Source of the DNA: Candidatus Eiseniibacteriota bacterium
GTDB taxonomy: Bacteria > Eisenbacteria > RBG-16-71-46
Direction: 5' to 3'
Assembly (NCBI GenBank): GCA_031370785.1
Contig: JANMQY010000090.1
Location: 1 to 64,000, forward strand
Length of the DNA: 64,000 bases
Position 1 is the stretch's first letter. Each line of letters starts with the position of its first letter. Under the pieces are notes generated by a model that worked only from the letters and a program-made list of their open reading frames with translations, had not been told where the DNA came from and made no database searches. The translations under genes and the position numbers were made by a program. Of the stretch, positions 26,745-38,442 are shown piece after piece.

Positions 26745-28526
26745 ATGACCGAACGCAGCGCGCCCGGACTCGAAGCCAATGCACACGAAGACGTGCTGCT
26801 GCGCACCATTTCGGCTCTCGGCACCCCCGCCAGCGAGCGATTCCACGCCGCCGACAACTTCAACGACCTGCTGCGCAACGCGACCCGCCACGTGCGACGG
26901 CTGGTCAACTGCGAGACGGTGCGGATCTGGCTCGTGCGCCGCGGCGGGCGGCGCCTGGTCGCGCTCGACTTCCTGGATGACGCCCCGGACAAGCCCGGGA
27001 CCGAGCGTCGCCAGAACCAGGGGGAAGGGCTGGCCGGCTGGGTGATCGAGAACGAGCGCTCGTTGCGCATCGATCCGGGCGATCCCCGGCCTCCGCTGCG
27101 TGGACCGGTGCCCGAGTTTCGCTCGGCGCTGGTCATCCCGCTATTCCGCCGGGGCGAGGTGTTTGCGGCGATCGAGTGCCTCGACCGGCGCGACCAGGAG
27201 GCGTTCACCGACGCCGACTTCGACCGCCTCGACGTCGCCTCCGAACACATCGCCTTCGCGCTCGACAACGCGCTGCTCTATCAGGAGACGGAGCGGCGTG
27301 CGCTCGAGAAGGAAGTGCTGCTCGAGATCTCCAAGACCCTGGCGACTCCGTTCGATCTGGAAGAGGTGATCGAGGTCATCCTGAAGTCCTTGCGCCAGGT
27401 GGTCTACTACGACGCCGCGGCGATCTACCTCGTTCACCGAAAGACGCTGGCGCTCGAGATGGTGAGCGCGGTGGGGTATCCCGAGGGCTCGGACGACGCG
27501 TTCGATCTTCAGGTCGGGCAGGGGATCGTTGGCTGGGTGGCGAAGACCGGGCAGGCGGTGATCGTGCCCGAAGTGAACAGCGATCCGCGCTATGTCGCCG
27601 CACGCCCGGGAACCCGAAGCGAGCTGGCCGCGCCGCTCGTCATCGAGGGTCGCACGCTCGGAGTGTTCAACCTCGAGAGCGATACCGATGACGCCTATCA
27701 CGAGGGCCACCTCGAGATCCTGGGCGCATTCGCGGCGCAGGCCGCGATCGCGATCGAGCGCGCCCGCACCACGCGCGAGCTGCTCGATCGCCGCCGGCTC
27801 GAGAAGGAGCTGGCGATCGCGCGCGAGATCCAGCTCTCGTTCCTTCCCAAGGCACCGCCGATCGTGCCGGGCTTCGACATCGTCGGCAGCATGAAGGCTC
27901 ACGACCAGGTTGGCGGCGACTACTTCGACTTCATCGGAGTCTCGGAAACCCGCCTCGGCCTCGCGATCGCCGATGTGTCGGGCAAGGGTATCCCCGCCGC
28001 GCTGATCATGGCCGGATTCCGGATGTGCCTGCTCGCCGAGATCCGCAACGAGTTCGCGATCCGCGCGGTGATGCACAAGGTGAACTCGCTGCTCTACGAG
28101 AGCACCGGCCGCGACAAGTTCGTGACCGCGTTCTACGGCGTGCTCGACTTCCAGAACCGGGTGCTGATTTCGTCGAATGCCGGGCACAATCCGCCGATCC
28201 TGTTCCGCGCCCGCGGGCCGATCGAGTACCTGGCAGACGGCGGTGTCGCGCTGGGCGTGCTGCCCGATGCGCGCTACGAAGAGAAGCCGGTGTTCCTCGA
28301 GCACGGCGACGTGCTGGTGCTGTACACCGACGGAGTGACCGAGGCCGAGTCGCCGAGCGGCGAACAGTTCGGCCACACCCGGCTCGAGGCCTGCGTGCGT
28401 CGTCTGCTCGGCGCGAGCAGCCAGCAGATCATGGACGGCATCGTCGAAGAGGTGCGCGCGTTCGGCGCCGAGCGGGGCCCGAGCGACGATCTGACGCTGA
28501 TGGTGGTTCGGGTCAAACCCGAATAG
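26745..28526 (+). CDS. GAF-GAF-PP2C (SpoIIE/RsbU-like) phosphatase
   Basis: Two GAF domains; VGGDYFD, ADVSGKG, NAGHNPP, LYTDGVTE, DDLTL. Confidence 0.93.
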   Translation: MTERSAPGLEANAHEDVLLRTISALGTPASERFHAADNFNDLLRNATRHVRRLVNCETVRIWLVRRGGRRLVALDFLDDAPDKPGTERRQNQGEGLAGWVIENERSLRIDPGDPRPPLRGPVPEFRSALVIPLFRRGEVFAAIECLDRRDQEAFTDADFDRLDVASEHIAFALDNALLYQETERRALEKEVLLEISKTLATPFDLEEVIEVILKSLRQVVYYDAAAIYLVHRKTLALEMVSAVGYPEGSDDAFDLQVGQGIVGWVAKTGQAVIVPEVNSDPRYVAARPGTRSELAAPLVIEGRTLGVFNLESDTDDAYHEGHLEILGAFAAQAAIAIERARTTRELLDRRRLEKELAIAREIQLSFLPKAPPIVPGFDIVGSMKAHDQVGGDYFDFIGVSETRLGLAIADVSGKGIPAALIMAGFRMCLLAEIRNEFAIRAVMHKVNSLLYESTGRDKFVTAFYGVLDFQNRVLISSNAGHNPPILFRARGPIEYLADGGVALGVLPDARYEEKPVFLEHGDVLVLYTDGVTEAESPSGEQFGHTRLEACVRRLLGASSQQIMDGIVEEVRAFGAERGPSDDLTLMVVRVKPE

Positions 28527-28599
28527 GGGTCTCATCCGGGACCGTCGCTGTCAGGGGTTCGGACTCCACACTTCATGCGACGCATGAAGTGCCGGAACC

Positions 28600-28628
28600 T
28601 TGACCATCGCCACCAATCCCGATAGTCT
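28600..28628 (+). promoter_or_regulatory. Putative sigma70 promoter of the M50-trpS-scpAB-rluB operon
   Basis: TTGACC-N17-TAGTCT. Confidence 0.55.
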
Positions 28629-28667
28629 GCGCCGACCGTCCGTTTGACCTCTTCCGGAGCCGCTCTC

Positions 28668-29321
28668 TTGAAATTCGATCCGCTGGTCATCCTGGCGTTG
28701 CCCGTGGTGCTGCTGAGCATCGTCGTGCACGAGTGCGCCCACGGGGTGATGGCGCTGTGGTGCGGCGACACCACCGCACGGGATCGCGGCCGGCTGACCC
28801 TGAACCCGCTCCCTCACGTGGATCCGATCGGATCCTTGCTCGTGCCCGGACTGCTGTTGCTGTTCCACGCCCCGTTCCTGTTCGGATGGGCGAAGCCTGT
28901 TCCCATCAACTGGGCGAACCTGCGCCACCCGCAGGACGATGCGGTCAAGGTCGCCCTCGCCGGCCCGGCTTCGAACCTGCTGCTGGCCGTGCTGTTCGCC
29001 GCTCTCGCGCGGCTCGCGCCCACGACCGGCTTCTGGTCGCTGCTCCAGACCATGGCCGTAGCCGGCGTGGTGTGGAACTGCGCGCTCGCGATGTTCAACC
29101 TGATTCCGATCCCGCCGCTCGACGGCTCGTGGGTGCTGATGCGCTTTCTCAAGATGCGCCACGTCATCGCGCTCCAGCAATTCCGGCTGGTCGGGATGGC
29201 GGTCATCGCGGTGCTGCTCGGCTCGCGCTTCTTCTCCGGCCTGTTCCTCGTGCCGCTGCGCGCGCTGGTCGTCGGACTGCTGCGCTTCTTCGGAGCGCCG
29301 GTCGAGGGCTACGCGCTGTGA
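28668..29321 (+). CDS. Site-2 protease, M50 family
   Basis: HECAH, LAGPASN, FNLIPIPPLDG. GGAG precedes TTG 28668; alternative start 28644. Confidence 0.92.
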   Translation: MKFDPLVILALPVVLLSIVVHECAHGVMALWCGDTTARDRGRLTLNPLPHVDPIGSLLVPGLLLLFHAPFLFGWAKPVPINWANLRHPQDDAVKVALAGPASNLLLAVLFAALARLAPTTGFWSLLQTMAVAGVVWNCALAMFNLIPIPPLDGSWVLMRFLKMRHVIALQQFRLVGMAVIAVLLGSRFFSGLFLVPLRALVVGLLRFFGAPVEGYAL

Positions 29322-30364
29322 AGACCGGCCGCATCCTGTCCGGCATGCGTCCCACCGGGCGCCTGCACCTGGGCAACTACGTCGGCGCGCTCGAGAACTG
29401 GGTGCGACTCCAGAACGAGGGCTGGGAAAATCTGCACATGGTGGCGGACTGGCACATGCTCACTACCGGCCACGAGGACACTTCGCGACTCCAGGCCGAC
29501 ACCTTCGACATGGTGCTCGACTGGCTGGCGGCCGGCCTCGACCCCGCGAAGAGCGTGATCTTCGTGCAGAGCCACGTGAAGGAGCATGCCGAGCTCCATC
29601 TGCTGCTCTCGATGCTGGTGAGCAAGGCGCGTCTCGAGCGCATCCCCACGCTCAAGGAGCAGATCCGCGATCTGCACCTCGACGAGCAGACGATCTCCTA
29701 CGGACACCTGGGCTACTCGGTGCTGCAGGCGGCCGACATCCTGCTCTATCGAGCCACTCACGTTCCGGTGGGCGAGGATCAGGTGCCGCACGTCGAGCTG
29801 ACGCGCGAGCTCGCGCGGCGCTTCAATTTCCTCTACTGCCAGAATCGTCCGCCGGTGTTCCCGGAACCCGAGGCAATGCTCACCGCCTTCGCGCGCCTGC
29901 GCGGCAACGACGGCGATCGCATGAGCAAGTCGGCGGGCAATGCGCTGATGCTCGCGGCCGAGCCCGCGGAGATCGGCACCTACGTGCACGCCGCGTACAC
30001 CGACCCGAAGAAGCTGCGCAAGAACGACCCCGGGCGTCCCGAGGCAGATCCGAGCGACGGACACGGCGGGTGCGTGGTGTGGGAATACCACCGCAAGTTC
30101 AATCCGACCGGCGCCGAAGAGATCGCACGTCTGTGCCGCGCCGGCGAGCTGGGCTGCGTCGACGACAAGAAGAACCTGACCAGGGTTCTGGTCGAGGCGC
30201 TGGCTCCGATCCGCGAGCGCCGCGCGCGCTGGGCGGCCGAACCGGATTCGGTGCGCGACGTGATCCAGGAAGGCGATCGCCGCGCGCGTCGAGTCGCGGA
30301 AGCCACCATGGAGCAGATTCGTAGCGCGATGGGCCTGGCTTCGGGCGCCGAGGTCATGCGATGA
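29318..30364 (+). CDS. trpS: Tryptophan--tRNA ligase
   Basis: SGMRPTGRLHLGNY, LQAADIL, VPVGEDQ, RMSKS. Confidence 0.97.
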   Translation: MKTGRILSGMRPTGRLHLGNYVGALENWVRLQNEGWENLHMVADWHMLTTGHEDTSRLQADTFDMVLDWLAAGLDPAKSVIFVQSHVKEHAELHLLLSMLVSKARLERIPTLKEQIRDLHLDEQTISYGHLGYSVLQAADILLYRATHVPVGEDQVPHVELTRELARRFNFLYCQNRPPVFPEPEAMLTAFARLRGNDGDRMSKSAGNALMLAAEPAEIGTYVHAAYTDPKKLRKNDPGRPEADPSDGHGGCVVWEYHRKFNPTGAEEIARLCRAGELGCVDDKKNLTRVLVEALAPIRERRARWAAEPDSVRDVIQEGDRRARRVAEATMEQIRSAMGLASGAEVMR

Positions 30365-31158
30365 GCGAGCGGAACGACGAGCGCGACAAGGAGCGCGCTG
30401 CTCAGGGCGCGCCGCGCCTCGGGCCGGCCAGCGTGACCGTCAAGCTCGAGCGCTTCGAGGGCCCGCTCGACCTGCTGCTCCACCTGATCAAGCGCGACGA
30501 GATCAACGTCCACGACATTCCGATCGCGCATATCACCCAGCAATACCTCGCCTACATCGAGCTGATGCGCTCGCTCGATCTCGAGGTCGCCGGCGAGTTC
30601 CTGGTCATGGCCGCGACCCTCATGCGCATCAAGGCCAAGATGCTGCTCCCGCTGCCGGCAGTGGGCGAGGAGGAGGACGAGGGCGATCCGCGCGAGGAGC
30701 TGGTGCAGCGTCTGCTCGAGTACCGCCAGTTCAAGGAGGCAGCCGGCACGCTCAAGCTGCGCGAAGCCGACCGCAGGCTGCTGTTCGAGCGCGGCATGCT
30801 GCCGGCCGAGGAGGATGCGGGACCGCTGCCGCTCGCGCCCGCGAGCCTGTTCGACCTGCTCGATGCGCTGAATCGCGTGATGTCGCGGGTGCCGGACACG
30901 GTTCCCTACGACGTGCAGACCGATACATACGATGTCGAGGACCAGATGTCCCTGATTGCGAGCACCGTCGCCGAGCGGGGCTCGGTCTCGTTCACCGAAT
31001 TGTTGCTGCGCTGCCGGGCACGCGGCGAGATGATCGTGGCGTTCATGGCGCTGCTCGAGCTCATCAAGCTCGGCGTGGTGGGCGTGATTCAGGGCGAGAA
31101 CTTCAGCGACATCCTGATCGTCGCACTCACGCGGGAAGGAACCGATGCCTCCACCTAA
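30361..31158 (+). CDS. scpA: Segregation and condensation protein A
   Basis: FEGPLDLLLHLI, EFLVMAATL, FMALLELIK. Confidence 0.95.
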   Translation: MSERNDERDKERAAQGAPRLGPASVTVKLERFEGPLDLLLHLIKRDEINVHDIPIAHITQQYLAYIELMRSLDLEVAGEFLVMAATLMRIKAKMLLPLPAVGEEEDEGDPREELVQRLLEYRQFKEAAGTLKLREADRRLLFERGMLPAEEDAGPLPLAPASLFDLLDALNRVMSRVPDTVPYDVQTDTYDVEDQMSLIASTVAERGSVSFTELLLRCRARGEMIVAFMALLELIKLGVVGVIQGENFSDILIVALTREGTDAST

Positions 31159-31911
31159 TCTGCAAGCCGCGATCGAAGCGCTGCTGTTCTCGAGCGATCA
31201 ACCCCTGCCCCTCACCCTGATCACCGAGTCGCTCGAGAGCGAGCCGCAGCGGGTCGCCGAGGCGCTGCGCACGCTGGGCGAGTCGTACGCCTCGCGCGAC
31301 GCCGGCGTCGAGCTGCGCGAGATCGCAGGCGGCTGGATGCTGGTCACCACGCAGGCGCAGGCGGAGTGGGTGGGACGCATGCTGCGCGGCAAGCGGCGCA
31401 TGCGCCTGTCGCGTCCCGCGCTCGAGACGCTCGCGATCATCGCGTACAAGCAGCCGGTGACCAAGTCCGAGGTCGAGGCGATTCGCGGCGTGGATGCAAG
31501 CGGGGTGCTCGCCACATTGCTCGAGCGCAACCTCGTGACCATCCGCGGCCGCTCCAAGGTGATCGGTCGCCCGCTCCTCTACGGAACCACGCCCGAGTTC
31601 CTCGACTACTTCGGGCTGCGCGATCTGCAGGAACTGCCTCGTCCCGAGGAGCTGCGCGCGCTGGTTGCAGCCCGCGAGCCGGAACAGCTCGAGATGATGG
31701 AGATCGAAGTGGTCTCGCAGGTCGCCACCGACCTCGCCACCAGCGAGGTCGCCTCGGAGATGGCCGAAGGCCGTCACGAGATCGAGCCACTCGACCGGGA
31801 CGAGACGCCGCGATCGGGCGGCGATATCGGTGTTGGATCTGACGAGGGCGACGAAGAGGAGCACTCCGAGCACGATCCGTCCGAAATGGCCGAGAGGGAA
31901 TCGGGCCGCTC

Positions 31912-31915
<4 letters not shown>
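31145..31915 (+). CDS. scpB: Segregation and condensation protein B
   Basis: IEALLF, LETLAIIAYKQPVT, IRGV, GRPLLYGTTPEFLDYFGL. Confidence 0.96.
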
Positions 31916-33750
<1,835 letters not shown>

Positions 33751-33950
33751 AGGCATTGCGGCGTACGCCCGTAGATCGATCTTTTGAGATTCTGCTGGAG
33801 TTAGGACTGCCTGGCGTGAAATCGTCATGTGGTTCGGAACGCTTCGTGCGGTGTACGGGGCGCTTCGACGCCATCCGCGGGCCAGGACGGACCGCATGCA
33901 GCGCCGCACGGACGCCGATCTTCCGTTTTCGCGACACCTCAGAGGCGTCC

Positions 33951-34511
33951 GTGCAGATCGATCGCATCCCGATTCCAGCCGCCGACCACGAACTTACTGG
34001 AACGGCGATGGCGCCCATCGGGGTAGAAGATGCCGACCGCCTCGGGGAGGCGGGGGTACGCCTGCGACTTTCGTGGCGCGGCGCGCTGGCGGTGATCGCC
34101 GGTGCACTCAGCCTGCTCGGTCAGGGCGAGCGCTATCGAGTCGATCCGCGATTCGTCTCGCCGAGCTCGACAATCGCGAACTACTGGGCGGCGCTGCGCC
34201 GGGATGACGAGCAGGCGGCATCGGAGTGTCTGGTGGCAGGAAATCCCGAGGTGCCCGAGCCGGGCACGCTGTGGTTCCTTCCGCCAACCACCGATCTGAC
34301 GCTGACCGCGTTTCACTCGCTTCCGATCACCGCGGGTCGCGTGCTGGTGCGATACGAGGTGCGCTATCGCCCGGTTGGCGTGCGCATCGAGCAGCGCTTC
34401 GTAACCGGGAGCGAGCTGGTGCGCGAGCGCGGCGAATGGCGAATCGTGCGCGCGCTGGGCGAGGCGAGCATGCCGGAGTGGAAGCCGATTCCCCGAACGG
34501 TTGACATCTGA
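33951..34511 (+). CDS. Hypothetical protein with a hydrophobic segment and possible NTF2-like tail
   Basis: AGAGG RBS before GTG 33951; SPSSTIANYWAAL and LVRERGEWRIV. Confidence 0.5.
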   Translation: MQIDRIPIPAADHELTGTAMAPIGVEDADRLGEAGVRLRLSWRGALAVIAGALSLLGQGERYRVDPRFVSPSSTIANYWAALRRDDEQAASECLVAGNPEVPEPGTLWFLPPTTDLTLTAFHSLPITAGRVLVRYEVRYRPVGVRIEQRFVTGSELVRERGEWRIVRALGEASMPEWKPIPRTVDI

Positions 34512-34569
34512 TCCGAGGCACACTTAGGCTCATTCTCGGCCGGGATTCGGTACCACTTTCGAGGGTCGA

Positions 34570-35685
34570 ATGACGCGCATGCTCCACCGCTCCTTGCTGC
34601 TGATCGCGCTTCTCTCCATCGCCGCGCCGGCCCACGCCACCAAGTACGCTGGCGAGTTCATGAAGATCCCGGTCGGCCCGCGCGCCATCGGCATGGGCGG
34701 TGCGTTCACCGGCGTGTGCGACGATGCGACCGCCGCGTTCTGGAATCCGGCGGGCATGGTCTATCTGCCCTACCGCGAGGCGTTGTTTCAGCACGCCGAG
34801 CAGTTCGGCAGCCTCGAGAACCACGACTACCTCGCGGCGGTGTTTCCGCTCGGCGGCGAGAAGGAAAAGCGCTCCGCGCTCGGCGTATCGCTGGTGCGCC
34901 TCGGAATCGACGAGATCCCGATCACGCCGCGCCCGGGCAGCCTGAGGGCCGGGATCGATTTCCTCGACTACGGCACCGACAACGATCCGACCACGCCCGG
35001 CAACGGCCAGGGCAATGGTATCTGGGATCCGGGCGAGCGCCTGCTGCTCACCACCGACAACCTGTTCATGGCCTCGAGCTCGGACATGGTGGGAACGATT
35101 TCCTACGCGCGCCAGCACGGCAAGCGCTGGACGTTCGGAGGGAACCTCAAGTTCGTGCGGCAGAGCCTTCCGGACACGGTGCCCGGGCATCACGTCACCT
35201 CATTCGGCGCCGGTTTGGACGTCGGCGCGAACTACATGCCGAGCGACGCGATCACCATCGGCGCGGTGGTGCACGATCTGACCACGACCTACCTCTCGTG
35301 GAGCAACGGCTCGCGCGAGCTGGTCGTCCCGACGCTCGAGACCGGCGCGGGCTTCAACTTCTTCCCGGCCGAGCGCCATGCGCTGACCTGGGGCCTGGAC
35401 ATGGGATGGACGTTCGACGGACGCAGACTCGACGGCCAGGTCGTGACCTCGCGCACCGGGGTGACGTTCCGTACCGGACTGGAATACTGGTACCGAAGCA
35501 TGTTCGCACTGCGCACCGGCGTGAACGGCAAGGACCTGACCTTCGGCGCGGGGCTGCGCTACAAGCAGGTCGGTGTGGACTACGCCGCCTCGCTCAATCG
35601 TTTCTTCGCCGGCGACGATCCGGCGTTCCCGTCGGACCAGAATCTCGATACCACCCACCTGGTTTCGCTCGGGCTCAACTGGTAG
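34570..35685 (+). CDS. PorV/PorQ (UPF0164)-like outer-membrane beta-barrel
   Basis: Signal peptide; GPRAIGMGGAF...DDATAAFWNPAG; FALRTG; C-terminal aromatic residue W. Confidence 0.85.
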   Translation: MTRMLHRSLLLIALLSIAAPAHATKYAGEFMKIPVGPRAIGMGGAFTGVCDDATAAFWNPAGMVYLPYREALFQHAEQFGSLENHDYLAAVFPLGGEKEKRSALGVSLVRLGIDEIPITPRPGSLRAGIDFLDYGTDNDPTTPGNGQGNGIWDPGERLLLTTDNLFMASSSDMVGTISYARQHGKRWTFGGNLKFVRQSLPDTVPGHHVTSFGAGLDVGANYMPSDAITIGAVVHDLTTTYLSWSNGSRELVVPTLETGAGFNFFPAERHALTWGLDMGWTFDGRRLDGQVVTSRTGVTFRTGLEYWYRSMFALRTGVNGKDLTFGAGLRYKQVGVDYAASLNRFFAGDDPAFPSDQNLDTTHLVSLGLNW

Positions 35686-35700
35686 ACACGAAGCCTCTCG

Positions 35701-35740
35701 AACCGCCGCGGCGAGACACGCGCCGCGGCGGTTCTGCTTT
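35701..35740 (+). terminator. Intrinsic terminator-like hairpin
   Basis: AACCGCCGCGGCG-N7-CGCCGCGGCGGTT followed by CTGCTTT. Confidence 0.7.
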
Positions 35741-35755
35741 GATGGGCGCGCGACC

Positions 35756-35784
35756 TTGACTTGGTCGGGGGCGGTTCCTAGTGT
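35756..35784 (+). promoter_or_regulatory. Putative sigma70 promoter of the glg pair
   Basis: TTGACT-N17-TAGTGT. Confidence 0.55.
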
Positions 35785-35827
35785 GCGCGATCTGTGTCAT
35801 TCGGTGTGATCAGGGCTCGGAGGACTC

Positions 35828-37087
35828 GTGCGGCAGGTCATGGCGCTGGTGCTGTCGGGCGGCGGGGGCGAGCGCCTGAGCGTCCTTTCGGCCGAGCGAG
35901 CGGTGAGCGCGATCCCGTTCGGCGGCAAGTACCGGATCGTGGACTTCGTGCTCAGCAACTGCTGCCATTCCGAGATCGAGCAGGTCGGCGTCATCACCCA
36001 GCACGCACCGACCTCGCTCCACGATCACATCGGCGCCGGCCGGCCGTGGGACCTCGACCGCCGCAGCGGCGGGGTGGTGGTGCTGCAGCCCTACCTCACG
36101 CGCAGCAACGCGGGCTGGTACCGCGGCACCGCCGACGCGATCGCCCAGAACCTCGACGTCGTCGAATCGCGTGGCTGCGATCGCATCCTGGTGCTGAGCG
36201 GCGACCATGTGTACCGCATGGACTACCGCGCTCTGATCCAGTCGCACGAGCAGCAGGGCGCCGCGGTGACCATCGGCGTGGTCCGGGTGCCGCCGGACCA
36301 GACACGACGCTTCGGCATGGCAACGATCGATGACGCGGGCCGTGTCACCGCGCTCATCGAGAAGCCGGAGCGGGCCGAGACGCCGTTCGCCTCGATGGGG
36401 ATCTACCTGTTCGAGACCAGCGTGCTGCGAGAGCTGCTGCGCGGGCGTCCGGTGGATCTGGTGATGGATGTGCTCCGCCCGCTGCTCGAGAGCGGTGGGC
36501 GTGTGGCGGCCCACGTCTTCAGTGGATACTGGGATGACGTCGGCACGGTCGGGTCCTACTACCGCGCGAATCAGGAGCTGGTGGCGACCGAGCCACGCCT
36601 GGTGCTGCACGACCGGCGCTGGCCGATCCTGACCCGCGACGAAGAGCGGCCCCCGGTGCTGATGCTCGATGGCGCGGAGATCGACGACAGCGTCATTGCC
36701 AACGGATGCCGGATCGCGGGCCGGGTGCGGCGCTCGGTGCTGTTCCCCGGAGTGAACGTGGAGCGCGGCGCCGAGATCGTCGACTCGATCGTGCTGGCCG
36801 ACGTGACGGTCGGTTCCGGAGCGCGGATCGAACGATCGATCCTCGACAAGTACGTGAAGGTGGGGGGCGGAGCGCGCGTCGGCTCGGCGCGCGGCGAGCC
36901 GGCTCCCGGAATGGAATGGCTCGAGGGGCTGACGCTGGTGGGGAAGGATGCGGTGCTGCCGGAGGGTCTGCGCGTCGCGGCCAGCGCGGTGATCGGCCAC
37001 GGCGCCGCGCCCGAGGATTTCACGTCGGGCTCGGTCGGGCCCGGCACGCTCACTCCGAATCGCACGTGGTACGGGGAGGGAGCGTGA
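35828..37087 (+). CDS. ADP-glucose pyrophosphorylase family subunit, divergent (GlgD-like)
   Basis: [43 protein letters not shown] is replaced by RAVSAI. Confidence 0.8.
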   Translation: MRQVMALVLSGGGGERLSVLSAERAVSAIPFGGKYRIVDFVLSNCCHSEIEQVGVITQHAPTSLHDHIGAGRPWDLDRRSGGVVVLQPYLTRSNAGWYRGTADAIAQNLDVVESRGCDRILVLSGDHVYRMDYRALIQSHEQQGAAVTIGVVRVPPDQTRRFGMATIDDAGRVTALIEKPERAETPFASMGIYLFETSVLRELLRGRPVDLVMDVLRPLLESGGRVAAHVFSGYWDDVGTVGSYYRANQELVATEPRLVLHDRRWPILTRDEERPPVLMLDGAEIDDSVIANGCRIAGRVRRSVLFPGVNVERGAEIVDSIVLADVTVGSGARIERSILDKYVKVGGGARVGSARGEPAPGMEWLEGLTLVGKDAVLPEGLRVAASAVIGHGAAPEDFTSGSVGPGTLTPNRTWYGEGA

Positions 37088-38361
37088 ACAGCTCGCGCTA
37101 TGCCTTCATCCTCGCCGGTGGCGTCGGAAGCCGGCTATGCCTGCTGAGCGAGCGGCGCGCCAAGCCGGCGGTGCCGTTCGGCGGCAAGTACCGGATCATC
37201 GACTTCACGCTTTCGAACTGCGTGAACTCGGGGCTGTTCGACATCGGCGTGCTCACCCAGTACCGGCCCACTTCGCTCAACCAGCACATCGGTACCGGCC
37301 GGCCGTGGGACCTGGATCGCGAGCGCGGCGGCGTGCAGATCCTGCAGCCCTCGCTCGGCTCGCTGCAGAGCGACTGGTACCAGGGCACGGCCGACGCGAT
37401 CTACCGGAACCTGATCCACCTGCGCCGGCGCAATTCGGACGAGGTGCTGGTGCTGTCCGGGGACCACGTCTACCGCATGGACTACAACGTGCTCTATGCG
37501 TTTCACGCGGCGCAGCGCGCGTCGGTGACGGTGGCGGTCACCGAGGTGCCGGCGGAGGCGGTCAATCAATTCGGGATCCTGGAGACCGAGCCCGGCGGGC
37601 GCGTGGTCGGCTTCCAGGAGAAGCCGAAGAGCGCGGCCTCGAGGCTGGCCTCGATGGGGGTGTACCTGTTCGATCGCAGGGCGCTGATCCGCTGGCTGGT
37701 CGAGGACGCGGCGATGGCGGAATCGAGCCACGATTTCGGCAAGGATCTGCTGCCGCGCCTGGTGGCACGCGGCGAGGCGGTCTACGCGTATCGCTTCCCT
37801 GACTACTGGCAGGACGTGGGGACGCTCGACTCGTACTACGAGTCGAACATGGCGTTCCTCTCGGACGCGCCGCCGCTCGCGCTCAACGACAGCGACTGGA
37901 CGCTGCACACCCAGAGCGCCGACCGCCCGGCGGTGCGCTTCGAGCATGGCTGCCGCGTGGAGCGAAGCGCGATCGCCAACGGCAGCCGCATCGCTGGTGA
38001 AGTGGTGCGTTCGGTGCTGTTCCCCGGCGTCTCGGTCGAGAAGGGCGCGGTGGTGCGCGACAGCATCGTCATGCACGACACGGTCGTCGGTGCGGGTGCG
38101 GCGCTGGATCGCGCCATCGTCGACAAGGAGGTGCACGTCGGCGCGGGGGCGCGGCTCGGACACGGAGACCCCAGCATTCCGAACCGCGCCTGCCCAGAAC
38201 ACCTGTGGAGCGGGCTGAGTGTGGTCGGCCGCGGCGCCGAGCTGCCGGAAGGGGTGACGGTCGGGCGCAACGCGCGCATCGGGGCGTTCGTCGAGCGCGA
38301 GGACATCACCGCCGACGTGCCCGACGGGGGCGTGGTCGACGGTCCGGAGTCGAGGCACTGA
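37084..38361 (+). CDS. glgC: Glucose-1-phosphate adenylyltransferase
   Basis: [48 protein letters not shown]. Confidence 0.92.
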   Translation: MNSSRYAFILAGGVGSRLCLLSERRAKPAVPFGGKYRIIDFTLSNCVNSGLFDIGVLTQYRPTSLNQHIGTGRPWDLDRERGGVQILQPSLGSLQSDWYQGTADAIYRNLIHLRRRNSDEVLVLSGDHVYRMDYNVLYAFHAAQRASVTVAVTEVPAEAVNQFGILETEPGGRVVGFQEKPKSAASRLASMGVYLFDRRALIRWLVEDAAMAESSHDFGKDLLPRLVARGEAVYAYRFPDYWQDVGTLDSYYESNMAFLSDAPPLALNDSDWTLHTQSADRPAVRFEHGCRVERSAIANGSRIAGEVVRSVLFPGVSVEKGAVVRDSIVMHDTVVGAGAALDRAIVDKEVHVGAGARLGHGDPSIPNRACPEHLWSGLSVVGRGAELPEGVTVGRNARIGAFVEREDITADVPDGGVVDGPESRH

Positions 38362-38383
38362 GCCGAGCGTGCCGCCGGAAAAC

Positions 38384-38418
38384 GTTCGAGGCGTCCTGAG
38401 ATCCAGGACGCCTCGAAC
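38384..38418. terminator. Hairpin between convergent genes, probable bidirectional terminator
   Basis: Perfect 15-bp stem GTTCGAGGCGTCCTG / CAGGACGCCTCGAAC. Confidence 0.7.
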
Positions 38419-38442
38419 CATTTCGGTGCAGCGTGCAGCCGC

